The translations under genes were made by a program, and so were the position numbers. 64,000 bases of DNA from Octopus sinensis (lineage: Eukaryota), in the NCBI RefSeq assembly GCF_006345805.1, contig NC_043010.1, positions 16,802,001 to 16,866,000 on the forward strand, in the 5' to 3' direction. Below the pieces are notes generated by a model, which saw only the letters and a program-made list of their open reading frames with translations, made no database searches and was not told the DNA's origin. Positions 10,418 to 24,189 of this stretch are shown piece after piece. The stretch's first letter is position 1. Each line of letters opens with the position of its first letter.

Positions 10418-12360
10418 CTAAAAACCACAAAAGTACATTATTCTTTTAGATTTCTTCAATGAAGAAGCTAATCTTCAAATGCCCCATCCCTTCAAGTTAT
10501 GCCTACCAAAAGGTCAACAGGTGTTCCAATACAAACTCATCTTCGACAAATGCAATTCTATCAGTGGAAAGAGACAATTCCCAAGTGCTGCAGGATTCTA
10601 AGGAAAGCATAAATTTTCAAAGAATTTTTTTAATAATCCTTTACTCCATTATCATTGAAGATATTCTTACTATCAGAAGAGGGACTCTAGATGATGAAGG
10701 AGCCTCTATGAAGTTATGTGAACTGCTAGATATAGCAGTCAAATCTCACATTTCAACCTACCAACTTAAAAAAGGATATACATATTGAATAAGGTAGTTC
10801 TAGAGACACTGTGTGAAAAAAGACAAGGTGATCATGGGTGGAATGCCATTGATTAAAGTAGATCCATGGTTAATATTTTCTATAAGTAGCAAAAAAAGCT
10901 AAGAGTGCCGGAGTTCTTTTAATTATTGCAAACTTGCCATTGTTTTTGTTGCCAGTGGGAAGCAGGATCTTGTCATTAGTCTGGCCCAAACCTGGGACCT
11001 TAAAACCCTCATAGAAAAGACTTACAAGTGTTCAGGGTGATGCTGACTAAAGATGATTTGAAAGTAGTTATACCAAAGGATAAGATGTTGGAGCCATGTC
11101 AAAACCTACACAACTGGGGTGAGGATGAGGGGCAGTTTGCAGTCATACTCTGGGGGGCAAAAGGAACAACAATTTCTTAAATACTAAACCTTGGGAAATG
11201 AAACGATTTTGTGAAGGTATTAATTCATAACTGAAACCATTTAAATTGGGAGTTGAAACGGAGTCTTTAAGTGAATTCTTTCCCAAAACTTTAATAACTC
11301 ACTCTAGCAAGGGTATATAATAACTTAAGAAGACAGGTATGAAAAGAATCAAGCCATACATTCAGGTGAAATAATTGTCTGTTAGGATGTGTCGTGTGAC
11401 AAAGGTCGATGAGTAAGTAAGGAAAATAGTGGAAGATTCTGGAAGATTTCAACATAATTATTTAGATTAGACATTACGAAAGAAAGATCCAAAATGGAAA
11501 CAATAAGTCAATAAAACACTTGAGAAGATTAAGATTCTTTGAGAGAGATAAGAGAGCAAGAGAAATGTCTTTGAGACAACCCAGTAAGATTAGACAGGAT
11601 GTAAATCTGCAAAGAAGACAAAAATAGTTTATCTAGTGAAATCTAAAAGGACAAACAGACAGATTGTGTGATGCCAACTAGCTTAAGTAATGTTAGAAAC
11701 ATACACACTTGGATAACTGAATAGGTTACTATATATAGTCATTGAAAGATTTATATACACACGTTCACATGGAGACCAATAAATGATAACACAGAATTGA
11801 AGGTAATGAAGCTACCATACTTTGAAATATGTCTATAGAAATTAATCAGATATAGTAATTAAAGGTAATAATAACTCTTTGTAAATAGAAGGAACTAACA
11901 GATAAAATCCTGTGGGGGCACAAATTGAAACTCATCATCATCATCTACTTTTAAATGCCTGCATGAGTTAGATTTTGTGGAGGTAGATTTTCTATGGCCA
12001 GATGCCCTTCATGTTGCCAGTTCTCACCTGTTCCCAAGCAAGGTAATATTTCCCCATGGCCTAATACAATTTTATGGAAGATTGGAAATGAAAGACCCTG
12101 CTTGTATGATGATGATGATGACGACGACGACGATGCTTGTTTTACAATCTTTTTTTTTATCAAGAGCAGAAAGAAATTTTATAAAGAACATAAAATAACA
12201 TATCTGAATGCAAGGAGGCCAATTATAATCATTATAAAACTAAGCAATTAAATAAGAACAAAACAGTTTCTATGTTAGCTGTCAGTTTATAAACTGACAA
12301 CAGGGAACATAATGACAACAAAGATATAGAAGATGACACACACACAGAAAAATGTTTTAC

Positions 12361-12366
12361 CTGGTG
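12361..12366 (-). CDS. Candidate 6-nt microexon CACCAG (His-Gln in phase 0)
   Basis: Minus strand reads aatctttatttttctcacctgcag|CACCAG|gtaaaacatt; frame-preserving. Confidence 0.37.
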
Positions 12367-12499
12367 CTGCAGGTGAGAAAAATAAAGATTTCTAAATTCT
12401 AAATTCCTAAGGAAACTAAGTTTACAGAAAGTTGATGTCACTTTTACAAGACTTGAACCGGGAACTGAGAATTCTTGATCTAAAAAATATTTCTAACTA

Positions 12500-12950
12500 A
12501 GATTGTGTGGAAGAGTGAAGACTGCATTGGTTTGGTGAAGTGATGCTAATTGATGAGGACAATTGCTTAAAACAGTGCCAAGCACTTAAAATGGAAGAGG
12601 GAGACTCTGGAAGACATGAGGTGAAGTACTGAAGGCCAATCTCAAAATGCTGAGCCTTACAAAGATGACAGGACCGAAATACATGGTGCATTGAAGAGGC
12701 ACCCACCACAATAAAATTGATCTCCTAAAATCAAGGTGCCACGTAAAAAGTACTAATGATGGGTTCACATAAAAAACACTGATCACGTAAAAAGCACCCA
12801 GTACACTCTATAAAGTGGTTGGCATTAGGAAAGACATTCAGCTGTAGAAACCCTGCCAGAACAGATAATGGAACCTGGTGTGGCTCCAGTTCCTATCAAA
12901 TAGTCCAACCCATGCCAGCATGGAAAATGGACATTAAATGCTGATGATGA
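12500..12950 (+). mobile_element. Short 5'-truncated RTE copy (ORF end plus 3' tail)
   Basis: Degenerate RLHWFG..DEDNCLKQC..GRLWKT..EVLKANLKML, followed by the family R tail and (GAT)n. Confidence 0.8.
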
Positions 12951-14691
12951 TTGTTGAGGGAGATGAACATTGTCAATTCCACCCTTTCCCCCAAGTACTT
13001 CCTGTCTGGTACAGAGAGACACAGGCATAGTTGTGTGTTTCAGAAGTCCAGTTTGCAGCCACAGCATTCCAGTTTCAATCACACCACCTGGTACCTTGAA
13101 CAAGTGTCTTCCACTATAGCTCCAAGTCAACTAAAAACTTAGTAGAATTTGGTACACTGCAGCTCCTTGTGTCTGCCTGTCTTTCAAAAGAGAGAAACAA
13201 AGGAAATTCATTTGTAATGAGTAGCAATAGAATGAATTTTTCAATTAAAGAAAATTTTTTTTACTGTCAGCCATAGTTCTAAATGAGTCTTGTTAAAATG
13301 AAATTCGTTATAAGAAATATTCCAATAGAATGAAATGTAATGGAACCCTCGGTAGCCACAATTTCTTGCAACAGTGATAAAAAAAAAATAAATGAATATA
13401 TTTTTGAGCCAACAGTCCTGTGAAGTTCAGACACAGAGAAGATATAAAATATTGATTGGAGCACAGACAATGCGACAGTTAGAAGCCCAGTTGTCTAAAC
13501 ATTAACATGCAGTCGTGTCAGAGGAGTGCAGTAGTTTTTTTTTTTTTGTATTTTTATTTGTTAGTATTTTTTATCACTCAAAATAATAATTCTACAAAAT
13601 TAAAACAAACCAGTCTGGTTCACTTTGAGCTAACAATATGCAAATTTCAAAATGGTCAGGAAGCAAAATATATTTCTGAATTTATCAAACATTCATAGGA
13701 ATGAAAGCATTCCATCCACGACCAACCCAGCTTTTTGGTTTATTTTTCAAATTCTTCAAGTGTGACCATTTTTTTTTATATATGGCTTCAGAGATTTTTT
13801 TTCCTTCATGATATGAAGCAATGTGTTCCATCTGTGACCAACCCTTTGTTGTGCCAATTGTTGATTGTTAAAAGGACATTTTAGGTCCACTGATAGAGAA
13901 CTTCCAAAACTCAGATAATGCCAGAGAGAGATGGACTACAAATGGCCAAAAAAATGTGTCTGCAGGTAATTCTTCATATAAGCTTTATTTTGATTCATAT
14001 CAATTGCTTATTTATTCATTTGGAATTTGAATTTGAAAAAGAGACAAGATCCCAGCTGGAATGCTTCCTCTCTTGTTAATACGCATGCACACACATGTGT
14101 GCACACACACACACACACACCTGTTGTATGCAGAGTAACTGCTTCCAACTAAACCCATTCACACACCAATAATCCCTAAACGCACAAAATAAAAGCATAA
14201 AAGCAAAATGTTGTTGGCAATGTCATGGTTTAACTCAGTGGTCAGTGTTAAAGGAACTGAGTGTAATAAAGTCCACATAATTTGGTCAAACTATGGACAT
14301 TTGATGCAGTCAAGGATGGAAGTGAAGCAAGCATAAAAAGCAATCAATACTGTATGGATTGGTGTTTTATGGGTCAGCTTGTTTGACCGGATATTCTGGA
14401 TCATGTGACTGGTCAATTGGAAGGCAATTAGAAGAGCAGAGTTTTATATTGTACATCATTCTCTCTCTTATATACATGTGTGTGTGTGTCTTCATGTCAT
14501 GTAATAGTTGTAAAGGAGTACCTCTGTCATGTAAGCAATCTGTCATGCACACATGTGTAGACATTGTACTGTTTGCATTCAAAATGTTTCCTTGCTTGGA
14601 GACAGGTGAGAATTAGTGACAGGAAGAGCATCCAACCATAGAAAATCTGCCTTAATGAATTCCATCTGACCCATGTCAGAGTGTACCTTAA

Positions 14692-14897
14692 CCCTTTTGT
14701 TACTGTATATATTTTGAGATGCTCTGGGTTTCTTTCAATTACTTTAAATATAAAGAATTTTGTTAAAAAACTTAGTTATCATTCAGTTAGTCTTCAGAAC
14801 ATAAATTGTGACTAAGGTTTGGTGAAAGATTTTAATTCTAAACTTATGAAAACAAGACATTTGTACTCAAACGAGAGCCAGGTTGGTAACAAAAGGG
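14692..14897. mobile_element. 206-bp piggyBac-type MITE
   Basis: TTAA-CCCTTTTGTTAC ... GTAACAAAAGGG-TTAA: perfect 12-bp TIRs starting CCC with a TTAA target duplication; non-coding interior. Confidence 0.87.
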
Positions 14898-16260
14898 TTA
14901 AAACAATGTTGTCGATGATGATGATGAGATGCATGTGCCTTAGACATAGAGATATTAGTACACAGTATAAACTAATGAGTTTTCTTTCTCTCTCTCACAC
15001 ATTATCCTTTTATGTCTACATTCCATGCTGGCATGGGTTAGAGTGTTCGACAAGAAACAATGGGCGAGAGGACAACTTGCTCCAAAGTCTGTTTTGGCAA
15101 AGTTTTTAAAGCCAGACATCTTTCTTGGCACCAACCAGTTTACTGATGTTACTGGCTGCCCACTCTCATGGCACCAGTCACCAGAGAGGCTGTCTAAAGA
15201 ATCGGCTCAGCTCTGAGTTATCTCTGCTCAATTTACCAACCACTTTACAGAGTGTAATGGGTGTTTTGGTGGGGGAGGGGACAGCAGCACCTTCGATGAT
15301 CTTCATGATTGAAAATGAAATTGAGAGAGAATGGGAGGGGAGAGAGAGAGAGAGAGAGAGAGAGGAGGGGTTTAAGTGAGGTTAAAGTATGACTGGAAGG
15401 AACAGACATATATATATATATACAGAGAGAGAGAGAGAGAAAGAAAGAAAGAGAGTGTTTGTGTGTGTGTTTGTGAGTGCATGTTTACTATTACATCTAA
15501 GAAAAAGAGAATTCAATAAAGATATTATTGTGGAAGGTTCACTCCTTCCAGGAGTATAAATATTTAAGTCGATCGGTTGGAGCGAGTTTCTCTCGCTTAG
15601 CCAGTCCACTAAGTAGAAAGAGTAGGCATAGGTCCATTTGTGTGTGTGTGTGGTGGTGCTTTTATGTATGTTTGTTAATGTGTTTGTGCATGTGTGTTGC
15701 TGTCACTGTATGTGTATGTTAGTGTGTTTGTGCAGTCTTGTGTATGTACATATGTTAGTATTTGTATGGTTGTTTTAATATGTTTGTATGTATGTTAATG
15801 TGACTGTGTGTGCATTTGTAAGTCCATGTGTGAGTGTTTGTGTGTCTATATGTATGTGTTTGTGTGTCATGTCATTTTCAAAGATCTTTAGACCTTTGGA
15901 ATTTTTTTTACTCGCATAGATCTCAGTCTCTCTGAAACTCACTATTGTAAAACACACACACATGCACGCACGCACACACACACACACACACACAACTCAC
16001 TTATTTGCACATTTGACATTTCTTCTAACCTCGACATATGACCAGTTTCCAAAAAGGAAGGGCAGCAGTTTATTGAACAGTAAAAAATCCATTTAGTTTG
16101 ATGAGTGAATGCATGTGAGTATGTATATTTGTTGTTAGTGTATGTTTAAATACTTACATACATACATATGTGTATATATATTTATATATATAGTTGGGTA
16201 CATAAACATGTGTATGTGTGTATGTCTGTTGTTAGAGTAGGTTTATATACATACATACAT

Positions 16261-16307
<47 letters not shown>

Positions 16308-17874
16308 TGGGTACATATACATGTGTGTGTGTGTGTGTAGGATGTTCACAGTCAAAAACTAAAAAGTAAATAACATAAAGCAAAGAATAAAATTGTACCA
16401 AGTCAATATATCCGAGTGTGAAGGAAAGGAAGATGTATCGATGTTTTGGACAGCTTGCTCTTTGTCAAGATAGATGGATGGAGCAGAAGGGAGAGAATAT
16501 ATGAAAACAAATGTACATGTGTTTATAGTAGTAGTAGCATAGTGAATAATGGTAGAATGGAAGTGAAAGAGGAGGGGAAGTGGTTTCCGATAGAGAAGAA
16601 GAATGTATCAGGTTGTAGGCTAATATTGGTCAGGTTTTGAACGAATAAAGGAAATGTGAGCGTGGAGAGAAGGATCAGTTCAGGAAAGACATAAGAATGC
16701 AATGGTGATATTGAAACAACAAGGTTTTGGTAATTGATCCCGTGCTATACTGGAATCTGGGTCATACTGACATAATAGGGCGTATATCTAACAGGTAGGA
16801 AACCTCCCATCCAAATACGTAGATGTAAACAACGCATCGTGTGGGAGTGGAACAAGTGAATGGAAACATGATAGTGTGAACTTTATCAGTGTGTGTGTGT
16901 GTGTAAAGAAGAGAAAAGTCAATTATTTTGACATCAAGGAGCAGCTTTTCTTAAGTGGGAAATTACTGTTAAGATGGAACAAAGATGCAGGAGTGTTGTG
17001 CCATTAAAAAAGACTAGAAACAATAAAAGGAAGAGTTGAAGAGGTAGAAAATGGGTTTAAATGGTCCTTTGAGATTTCATTGGATGTCCAACAAATGTTT
17101 CAGATTTTGGCTTGGTTTCTGAGGGTTTCTGATTTACACACAAATCCAGCAAATTTGAAGGTAGCAGCGTTAGTCAATACAATCAATACCAGTACTTGAC
17201 TGGTACTTTATTTTATCGAGAGGATGGAAAGCAAAGTTGACCCCAGCAGAATTTCAATACAGAATAAAAAGAGCCAGAAGAGGTTAGGGTTGCACAGGGA
17301 TCATCGGACGCAACTTGTGAGAAAAGATTAAATGAGAGAAGGACATAAAGTAGCAATTAATCAAGTATGACACTGGGCCCTTAACCCCTTTTTGTTTATG
17401 GACCCCTTTGATTCTTGTTTTACTCACAAGGACCTTCAAAGCCATTTGATATTTTTTAAAATCCTCTTATATTTCTATAGTTAAATATTATTATGGAATG
17501 TATTTAAAAATTGTTAAAATAACCAAATATTGCACCCAAACTTTAACAACAAAATCTTATATGGACCCCCAAGGGTCATATGGACCCTTAAGAGACATGT
17601 GGACCCCAGTTGAAAACCATTGAATTAAAAAAAAATAGCAATGAAAGCTGAAAATACAAAATGCATAATTGACAGGAAAGGGAACAACAAAAGGGTCACA
17701 GAATGAGGGAGAGTGTAAACCAAGGAGTATTCCAGTCATGACCATCACATCATTTGGAAGTATCTACAACTATTGTATCCAATGTGTCCTTCTTTGTTTA
17801 AGATAAGGTTTCATACAAAGGAGATTTAGCTGCTACTTCAAGCAGGTTGAGTAACCACATAGACACTCCCTTAC

Positions 17875-17984
17875 TTGTTTAGTATTTCTGCACATCTTGG
17901 AAATAAGTTCCAGTTTATCTGGGAATGTTACTTGGGATAGAATGGGAAAGAATCCAAGGGTGGAAATTCTCTCTATTTGACACC
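17875..17984 (-). CDS. Probable coding exon (110 nt, phase 1-0: (G)CQIERISTLGFFPILSQVTFPDKLELISKMCRNTKQ), product unknown
   Basis: ttgtctcctgtttcag| acceptor and CAA|gtaagg donor. Only phase 1 is open, matching the phase-1 end of exon 18885-19039. Confidence 0.65.
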
Positions 17985-18286
17985 CTGAAACAGGAGACAA
18001 GCACAGGTTTAGGTTTAGCAGACTTTCACAGAAGCCCTTTTTTATTGTCACTAACCCCTTTGATGTTTCAACAGCCTTATCTCATCATAGCAATGGAAGC
18101 TGAGGGTGGGGAGCAAGATTTGGTAGTCCTCTTTCTACCATATCGTCTCATCGTCAACACCACCCTAACAGGCTTGGGTGGATCGAAGAAATACAACCAC
18201 ACAAAAGTTAACATAGAAATATTCTCACAGAAAATATATTTCTACTCCTATACACACACACAGACAAAAAATATCATAAACACATA

Positions 18287-18667
18287 GGTGCAGGAGTGGC
18301 TGTGTGGTAAGTAGTTTGCTTACGAACCATATGGTTCCGGGTTCAGTCCCACTGTGTGGCACCTTGGGCAAGTGTCTTCTGCTATAGCCCCGGGTCGACC
18401 AATGCCTTGTGAGTGGATTTGGTAGACGGAAACTGAAAGAAGCCTGTCGTATATGTGAATATATGTGTGTGTGTATATGTTTGTGTGTCTGTGTTTGTCT
18501 CCCTAGCTGATGTGTTTACGTCCCCATAACTTAGCAGTTCGGTAAAAGGAGCCCGATAGAATAAGTACTAGGCTTACAAAGAATTAGTCTTGGGGTCGAT
18601 TTGCTCAACTAAAGGAGGTGCTCCAGCATGGCTGCAGTCAAATGACTGAAACGAGTAAAAGAGTAAA
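18287..18667 (+). mobile_element. Full-length tRNA-derived SINE (family A). Other copies at about 3185-3570(+), 5340-5505(-), 10022-10200(+), 37300-37510(-), 57630-57990(-), 58835-59175(+), 59830-60215(-), 61712-62131(-)
   Basis: Pol III A box (tggctgtgtggtaa), B box (ggttcagtccc), conserved body, internal (TA/TG) tract and (GAGTAAAA)n tail, repeated across the window. Confidence 0.9.
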
Positions 18668-18884
18668 GAGAGAGTATATGTGTTCATGTATGGAGCTACA
18701 CAGACACACACAAATGGGGAAAACATGTTTATTCTGACGTGTACCTACATACACAGGAATACACATTTATTACCTTTATACATAACATATACTTATGCAC
18801 TGTATACACACACAAGCATGCACACATGAATATATATATATATATATATATATATTTATCTTTAGGTAGTTTCTTCCAACAAAC

Positions 18885-19039
18885 CTTTGGCACTCAGTAC
18901 AAATTCTAAATTAGCCACTGGCAGCGACACTCTGGAGCAGTAATTATAGCTTGGCATCATATCCTCTAAACTAAAACAAATGCTCCCTAAAGGCTTGTTT
19001 GGAAAGGTCTTCACTTTGGCAACAAATCTTTCTGTTTCC
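18885..19039 (-). CDS. Probable coding exon (155 nt, phase 2-1: ETERFVAKVKTFPNKPLGSICFSLEDMMPSYNYCSRVSLPVANLEFVLSAK), product unknown
   Basis: Strong ttttttttttcctttttaaag| acceptor, AAG|gtttgt donor, 51 open codons of complex sequence, phase-matched to the next exon. Confidence 0.72.
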
Positions 19040-20419
19040 CTTTAAAAAGGAAAAAAAAATGTATTTTGTATCCCCAATTCACCCTTTCCCCACCTTAACA
19101 TCAAATAAAATGGTTTGCATCTATTTTGGACAAAAATGGCTTAAGATTTAGTCAGTGTTTACCACTCCTTCTTTGACGACTTCTTTAAACTTGACATCAT
19201 GTAAATTCATGGAAGAAATACCATTTTACCATAAATTCGTTTCTAGAAAGTTTACACGGAGACATTAAATATTTACTAATGACATACTTAATATAGCAGA
19301 TTTGAATGCGATTATGTTAATCATTGTGGCACCCTCAGGGAACATCTCATATTCTCTCAGATGTCAGAAAGGAGGTGTTCTCTGAAGACTAAATCCAACA
19401 GTCATCATTAGCATATTCACATACAAATCAGCCCAAACATATTCAGAATGAATATGTATATCATTGCTTTGATTCTCACAGGGATTTGATTATCACTGCC
19501 CATGATAATTAATCAGATTTTAGAAGCTTTCCATGTATTTATTTATTTTTTCCAGTTCACTAGAGCCACCCCCCACTTCTCCCCCCACTGCTTCAGGTTT
19601 TCTAATACAGGTAAATTTTTAAAATAAATCTCAAAAGGGGATTAATTTGGGTTAAAAGTTAAAAGGTCAACTGAGATTAGGTATACCTTCTGTATTTCAG
19701 GGATCAATTTAATTAACTGCCAATCTGTACCAACATCCAGTAGGGTAGCATGTTAAAGCCAACCCCAAAATTCTGTCAACAGGTTAAGGGACACACTGGT
19801 TGAACTGCTTGGCTAACCAAGAAATATTATCAGTAACACCCGATGACTAACACACACACTCACACACACAAACTCTCACACACACACTCACACCTATTAG
19901 TCACTCACAATATCCATTCTGTAAACAACAACAAAAAAAATCTATGCAAATCTCCTTCCTTTGACTATTTTCTACCATTTAGTGGCCGAGAGTTAATGAA
20001 GATAAGCCAGGATAACTCAGCATCATTTATCACAACCACTTCCCAGAGAAAACTTAGAATCTTTGCTGTGACATAACTTTTCAAGGTTACAGTTTTAATC
20101 AACAACTCTTAATAGCTTTGGGCAAATAATTTCTGTCAAATTTTCCTGAATTTTAAAGAGAAATAAATAATTTTTACATGGAAACAATCACTACAATTAC
20201 GGGGATGTACTTGCATAGCAAGTGACCTGATCTGAGATTGTGTGCTGAAACAAAAACAATTGCAGCATGGAAGGTGTTTACAAGCCATTTAAGAAACACA
20301 CAAAAACCGTTTTAGATTCACTTCAACATTAAAATTTAATTTGCCAGAATATTTTCATCACTTTCAGACCGGAACCTGTTCACTGACAAAATTCTGTGCT
20401 ATATTTACAAAACCAAAGA

Positions 20420-20590
20420 GGAGACCTGTGATTGGTTGTTCAACCTGTCTAGAAATAACAATCAAATCTCCCACAAACCAGAATCTACAATTTTAAATGC
20501 TATGTTGCAATAAGAGATTGAATGGTCATGCTTGGAATGTCTTTGATCATAAGGTCTCTTCGGTCAGGGCTCACCTGGGGTTAAACAATT
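20420..20590 (+). repeat. Old interspersed repeat (family D). Related degenerate copies near 340-480, 530-720, 17700-17870, 20700-20870, 35750-35830, 36380-36530, 48480-48600, 52290-52490
   Basis: Shared motifs tagaaat(a/t)gcagccaaat, ggtcatggctggaat..ctttgatcata and ctggggctaaacaac. Confidence 0.65.
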
Positions 20591-23500
20591 CCGCCACCAA
20601 CACAAATACCACTACTACATACACCCCTGCCATACAACCACGCATACTAGCACCAACACCTCAAATATGGTTATAACCGCCACCATCACTTGCCATTACC
20701 ATTTGAGATTTTAGAAATAACTACCAAATCTCCCTTAAATCAAACCTATCAGCTTAATACAGAAGAATATATTGGACAATATAATTGTTGATATATTTAG
20801 AAAAAAGGCATGATGGTCATGGCTGGAACACACTTTTGAATATAGATCTGCTTGATCAGTGTTACCCTACATACTATAAATACTATCATCATCATCATCA
20901 GAAGCATTGCTACACTTCCCATCATCCCCACTACCATTGCTACAGCTAATCACAACACCCCTTTGTACAATAACCCTCACCCAACAGCTGACAAAAGCAC
21001 AAGTGCTTAGATGTCAGCATGGAGAGCAGATGTGAGACAGGCCCCACAGAGGAAATGACAAGGGACCGAGGCTTCTGGTGGTCAAGCTAAGTAAAATCAT
21101 GGCCATCCCTACATACAGGAATGTCCTCCACTATATCACTCTCTCAGCTGAGAGATCCTAGTCTTGTGGGCTCATGAGTGCTGGTCCCACATAAAACTGC
21201 CCATGCCGGTGGCCAGCCCCCAGGACACTCTGTAAAGTGGTTGGCATTAGGGAGGGCATTCAGCTGTAGAAACTATGCCAGAACAGACAAATGGAACCCA
21301 AGCAGCTCTCCTGTTGACCAGCTCCTGTCAAACCATCCAACCCATGCCAACATTGGAAAGCAGATTTTAAACAATGACAATGATGATGACGATGATGTGG
21401 CTGTGTGATTAACAAGTTCATTTCTCAACAGCAAGGTTTTGTGTGTAGCCCCATTACGCAGTGGCGTCAAGCAATAGTAGTGAATGCTATGTTCTAGTGG
21501 TGTCCCCCCATTGTCATTGCTGTAGTTGTAGAGACAGCAGCAGCAGAATGGAGTTGTTGGTTGGTGGCATCACAGTTGTCATTAAGTAGGAGGAGGGAGC
21601 TATGAAATTGAACTGTGTTCTATGGAGACAGACACACAGACAGACAGTGGAAGATATATAGATAAATGCTCTAAATATTGATTCTGTTTTTAAAATGTCT
21701 TCATTACATGGGCAGAAGGGAAAGGGAAATGTCTGATATACAAGCCCTATTCTCCAAGGATAATTAGTGAAGCCATGTGGTTTCACTTGGAAGTCTATGT
21801 AAAGCAGTGGATTCCTCTGGGTAGAAACTAGCACCGTATGGCAGCATGCCACATGTGTGACTGAGAGAGAAGTCATTGGTTTGGCAGCACAACATGTTTA
21901 TTGGTTTTTTTTGGAGAATGTTAAACATTTTTGTTGCCATATTTCTCGTTGAAATACACTGGTAGTGTATTTCAATTAATTTTGGAAATAATCAATAATT
22001 TTGAGAGATTTAGACCAAAAAATTAACTTTTAGATTTATTTCTATATCAAGCTGGTGTTTAGAAAGCAACTTATCATATGCTTCTTGCAGCAAACTAAAT
22101 ATCTGGTGGTATTTCTTTTAACTCTTTACATTCTGATTTCAAATCCTGCAGAGGTTAACTTTACCTTTAATCCTTCTGGAGTTGATAAAATAAAGTATCA
22201 GTGGCGTCACCGATACTGACTTAACCTCTCTCTTCAAAATTGCTGGCTTTGTGCCAAAATTTGAAAGCGTAAAATAATAACAGAAAGTTTTTGTTTAAAC
22301 ACGAACCCTTAAAAGAAGCAGTTTTGAAAGAAAGAATCGGAGACGGTTTCAAGTCTGCTGGTGCCAAGAAGCTGAAACTAATATTTCAGAAGAGGAAGAG
22401 ACAAATCTAAAAACAACAACAACAACCTAAGAATAAATCTGATTGCAAAAGAAAAACAAAGAGGGAAAATAAAACAAAATTATACAAGGAGTTTACTTGG
22501 CAGCCATGTGGTTCCAGGTTCAATCCTAGGCTGTGATAACTAAGGCCAGTGTCTCCTAAAGTTGACTAATGAGTGAAAATGAATGAAATTGTGTGGTTGA
22601 GTTATGTTTCTGAGTTTAAAAATGTAAGAACTGTTGTTGATAGAATTGACTAAAACCATGACAGACCATCAGCCTGGCTTTTGTTAGCACAGTTCTGTTG
22701 CCATATGCTGCCTTTATTCCAGTTAGTCTTGAAACCCCCTTCCCAGAGTGGACCCACTCACTCAAGCCATCTTCGCCACAGTCACCCACCTCCCAACAAA
22801 TCTATTGTGTACCTGCACCTCCCTTTCCACCGTCACCTTCCTTTTTAGACAGAACTTCAAAGAGTCACGGCCAGTCATTTTGGGGGGAAATGGTCAGTTG
22901 ATATCGTTGGGTCCAGTACTTTACTGGCTGCAAAAGGCTGAAAGGCAATGTCAACCGAAGCAAGATTTGAACTCAAAATCTAAGAAGACAGAAGACATGT
23001 GGCATTTGCTCAGACATTCTAATGATTCTGCCTGCTCAAAGTCTTAATAATAGAGATAATAATAATTATAATTTCTATTATTGGTTAGAGGACCCAGGAA
23101 TAACAACATCGTCAACAACAACCATATGTCGATATTGAGGAAAGAACTTTTTTTAGCAGCGTTTTTTAATAAAATTGGAAATGTTACAGAAATTGGAAAA
23201 TACGCAATTTTTTTAGGGTGTCTGAAGTTGGAGTATAGGTGATAGTTGGCAGTGGTGTTTGCGATTGGTGGTGGTGGTGGTGGTGGTGGTAGCATGATGA
23301 TGATGATGGCATTTCTGATTGTTGCAGTAAAGATGGTGATTGAGGATGTGGTGTGGTTGACTATGGTGGTAAGTGTTCATGTTGTTGCTGGCGGTGGTGT
23401 TTGTCGATGGTGGTGTTTGTTGATGGTGGTGTGTGGAGGTAGTAGCTGTGGTGTTTGTGTTGGCGGCTACTATGGTGGTGTTTGGAGGTGGTCTGGGTGA

Positions 23501-24189
23501 CAGTAGTATGATATTGATAGTGTGGCTAGCAATTCTTCTTCTTCACCGTTTGTCATCCTTATCCGAGCAGCCCTTCACCCCGCTCCCCCCCCCTGTAAAT
23601 GTATTTCAGTTTTGAACATCCCCTCTTTTCAGATATACTTTATCTCAGGATGACATTATCAAATAATCCTTCCTTTTACTTAATGACAGCAGCATGTGAT
23701 TGGTGAGACTTGGTTGCTATGTCTAGCAAGCTTAGCCACAAAGGAGTGCCTCTGTAAGTGTGGTAAGAAAGGCAAGTAAGAGGTTAGTGGTGTCATAACA
23801 GTAAAGATTTTCTTTGTATGGTGTGCTTTAGTAGAAGCAGACTTTGCATGGCTGCTTAGTTGATTAATTCCTGTCCCCATAACAAGGTCTTGTGATGACA
23901 ACCTCACTAGTCCTGATATCAGGACAAAGAACCCAGACCACACTCTGTAAAGTGGTTGGTGTTAGGAAGGGCATCCGGCTGTAGAAGTCATGGCAAAGTA
24001 GACATTGGAGTATAAGGGAGTCCGTGGACATGGTGGATCCTGTCTGTCTTATCCATCCCAGCATAGGACATGGACATTAGATAGTGATGGTGGTGATGAT
24101 GATGATGGTGGTGTGTGTGTCAGCATGTATGAGAGAGGGAGAAAACAAACAGATATAAGAGAGACACTTAGGGAGAGAGGTAGCTAGAG

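Noticed and set aside
10459-11900. 109-aa ORF and purine-rich stretch resembling decayed LINE or Penelope coding sequence
   Set aside because: No diagnostic motif could be read.
13885-13965. 81-nt plus-strand exon-like segment
   Set aside because: Antisense to the better-supported gene, with no partner exons.
18287-18370. tRNA genes
   Set aside because: A/B boxes belong to SINE heads fused to repeat bodies; no complete cloverleaf is evident.
19556-19610. 55-nt plus-strand exon-like segment (SLEPPPTSPP)
   Set aside because: Lies beside hAT/MITE-like remnants, with no supporting chain.
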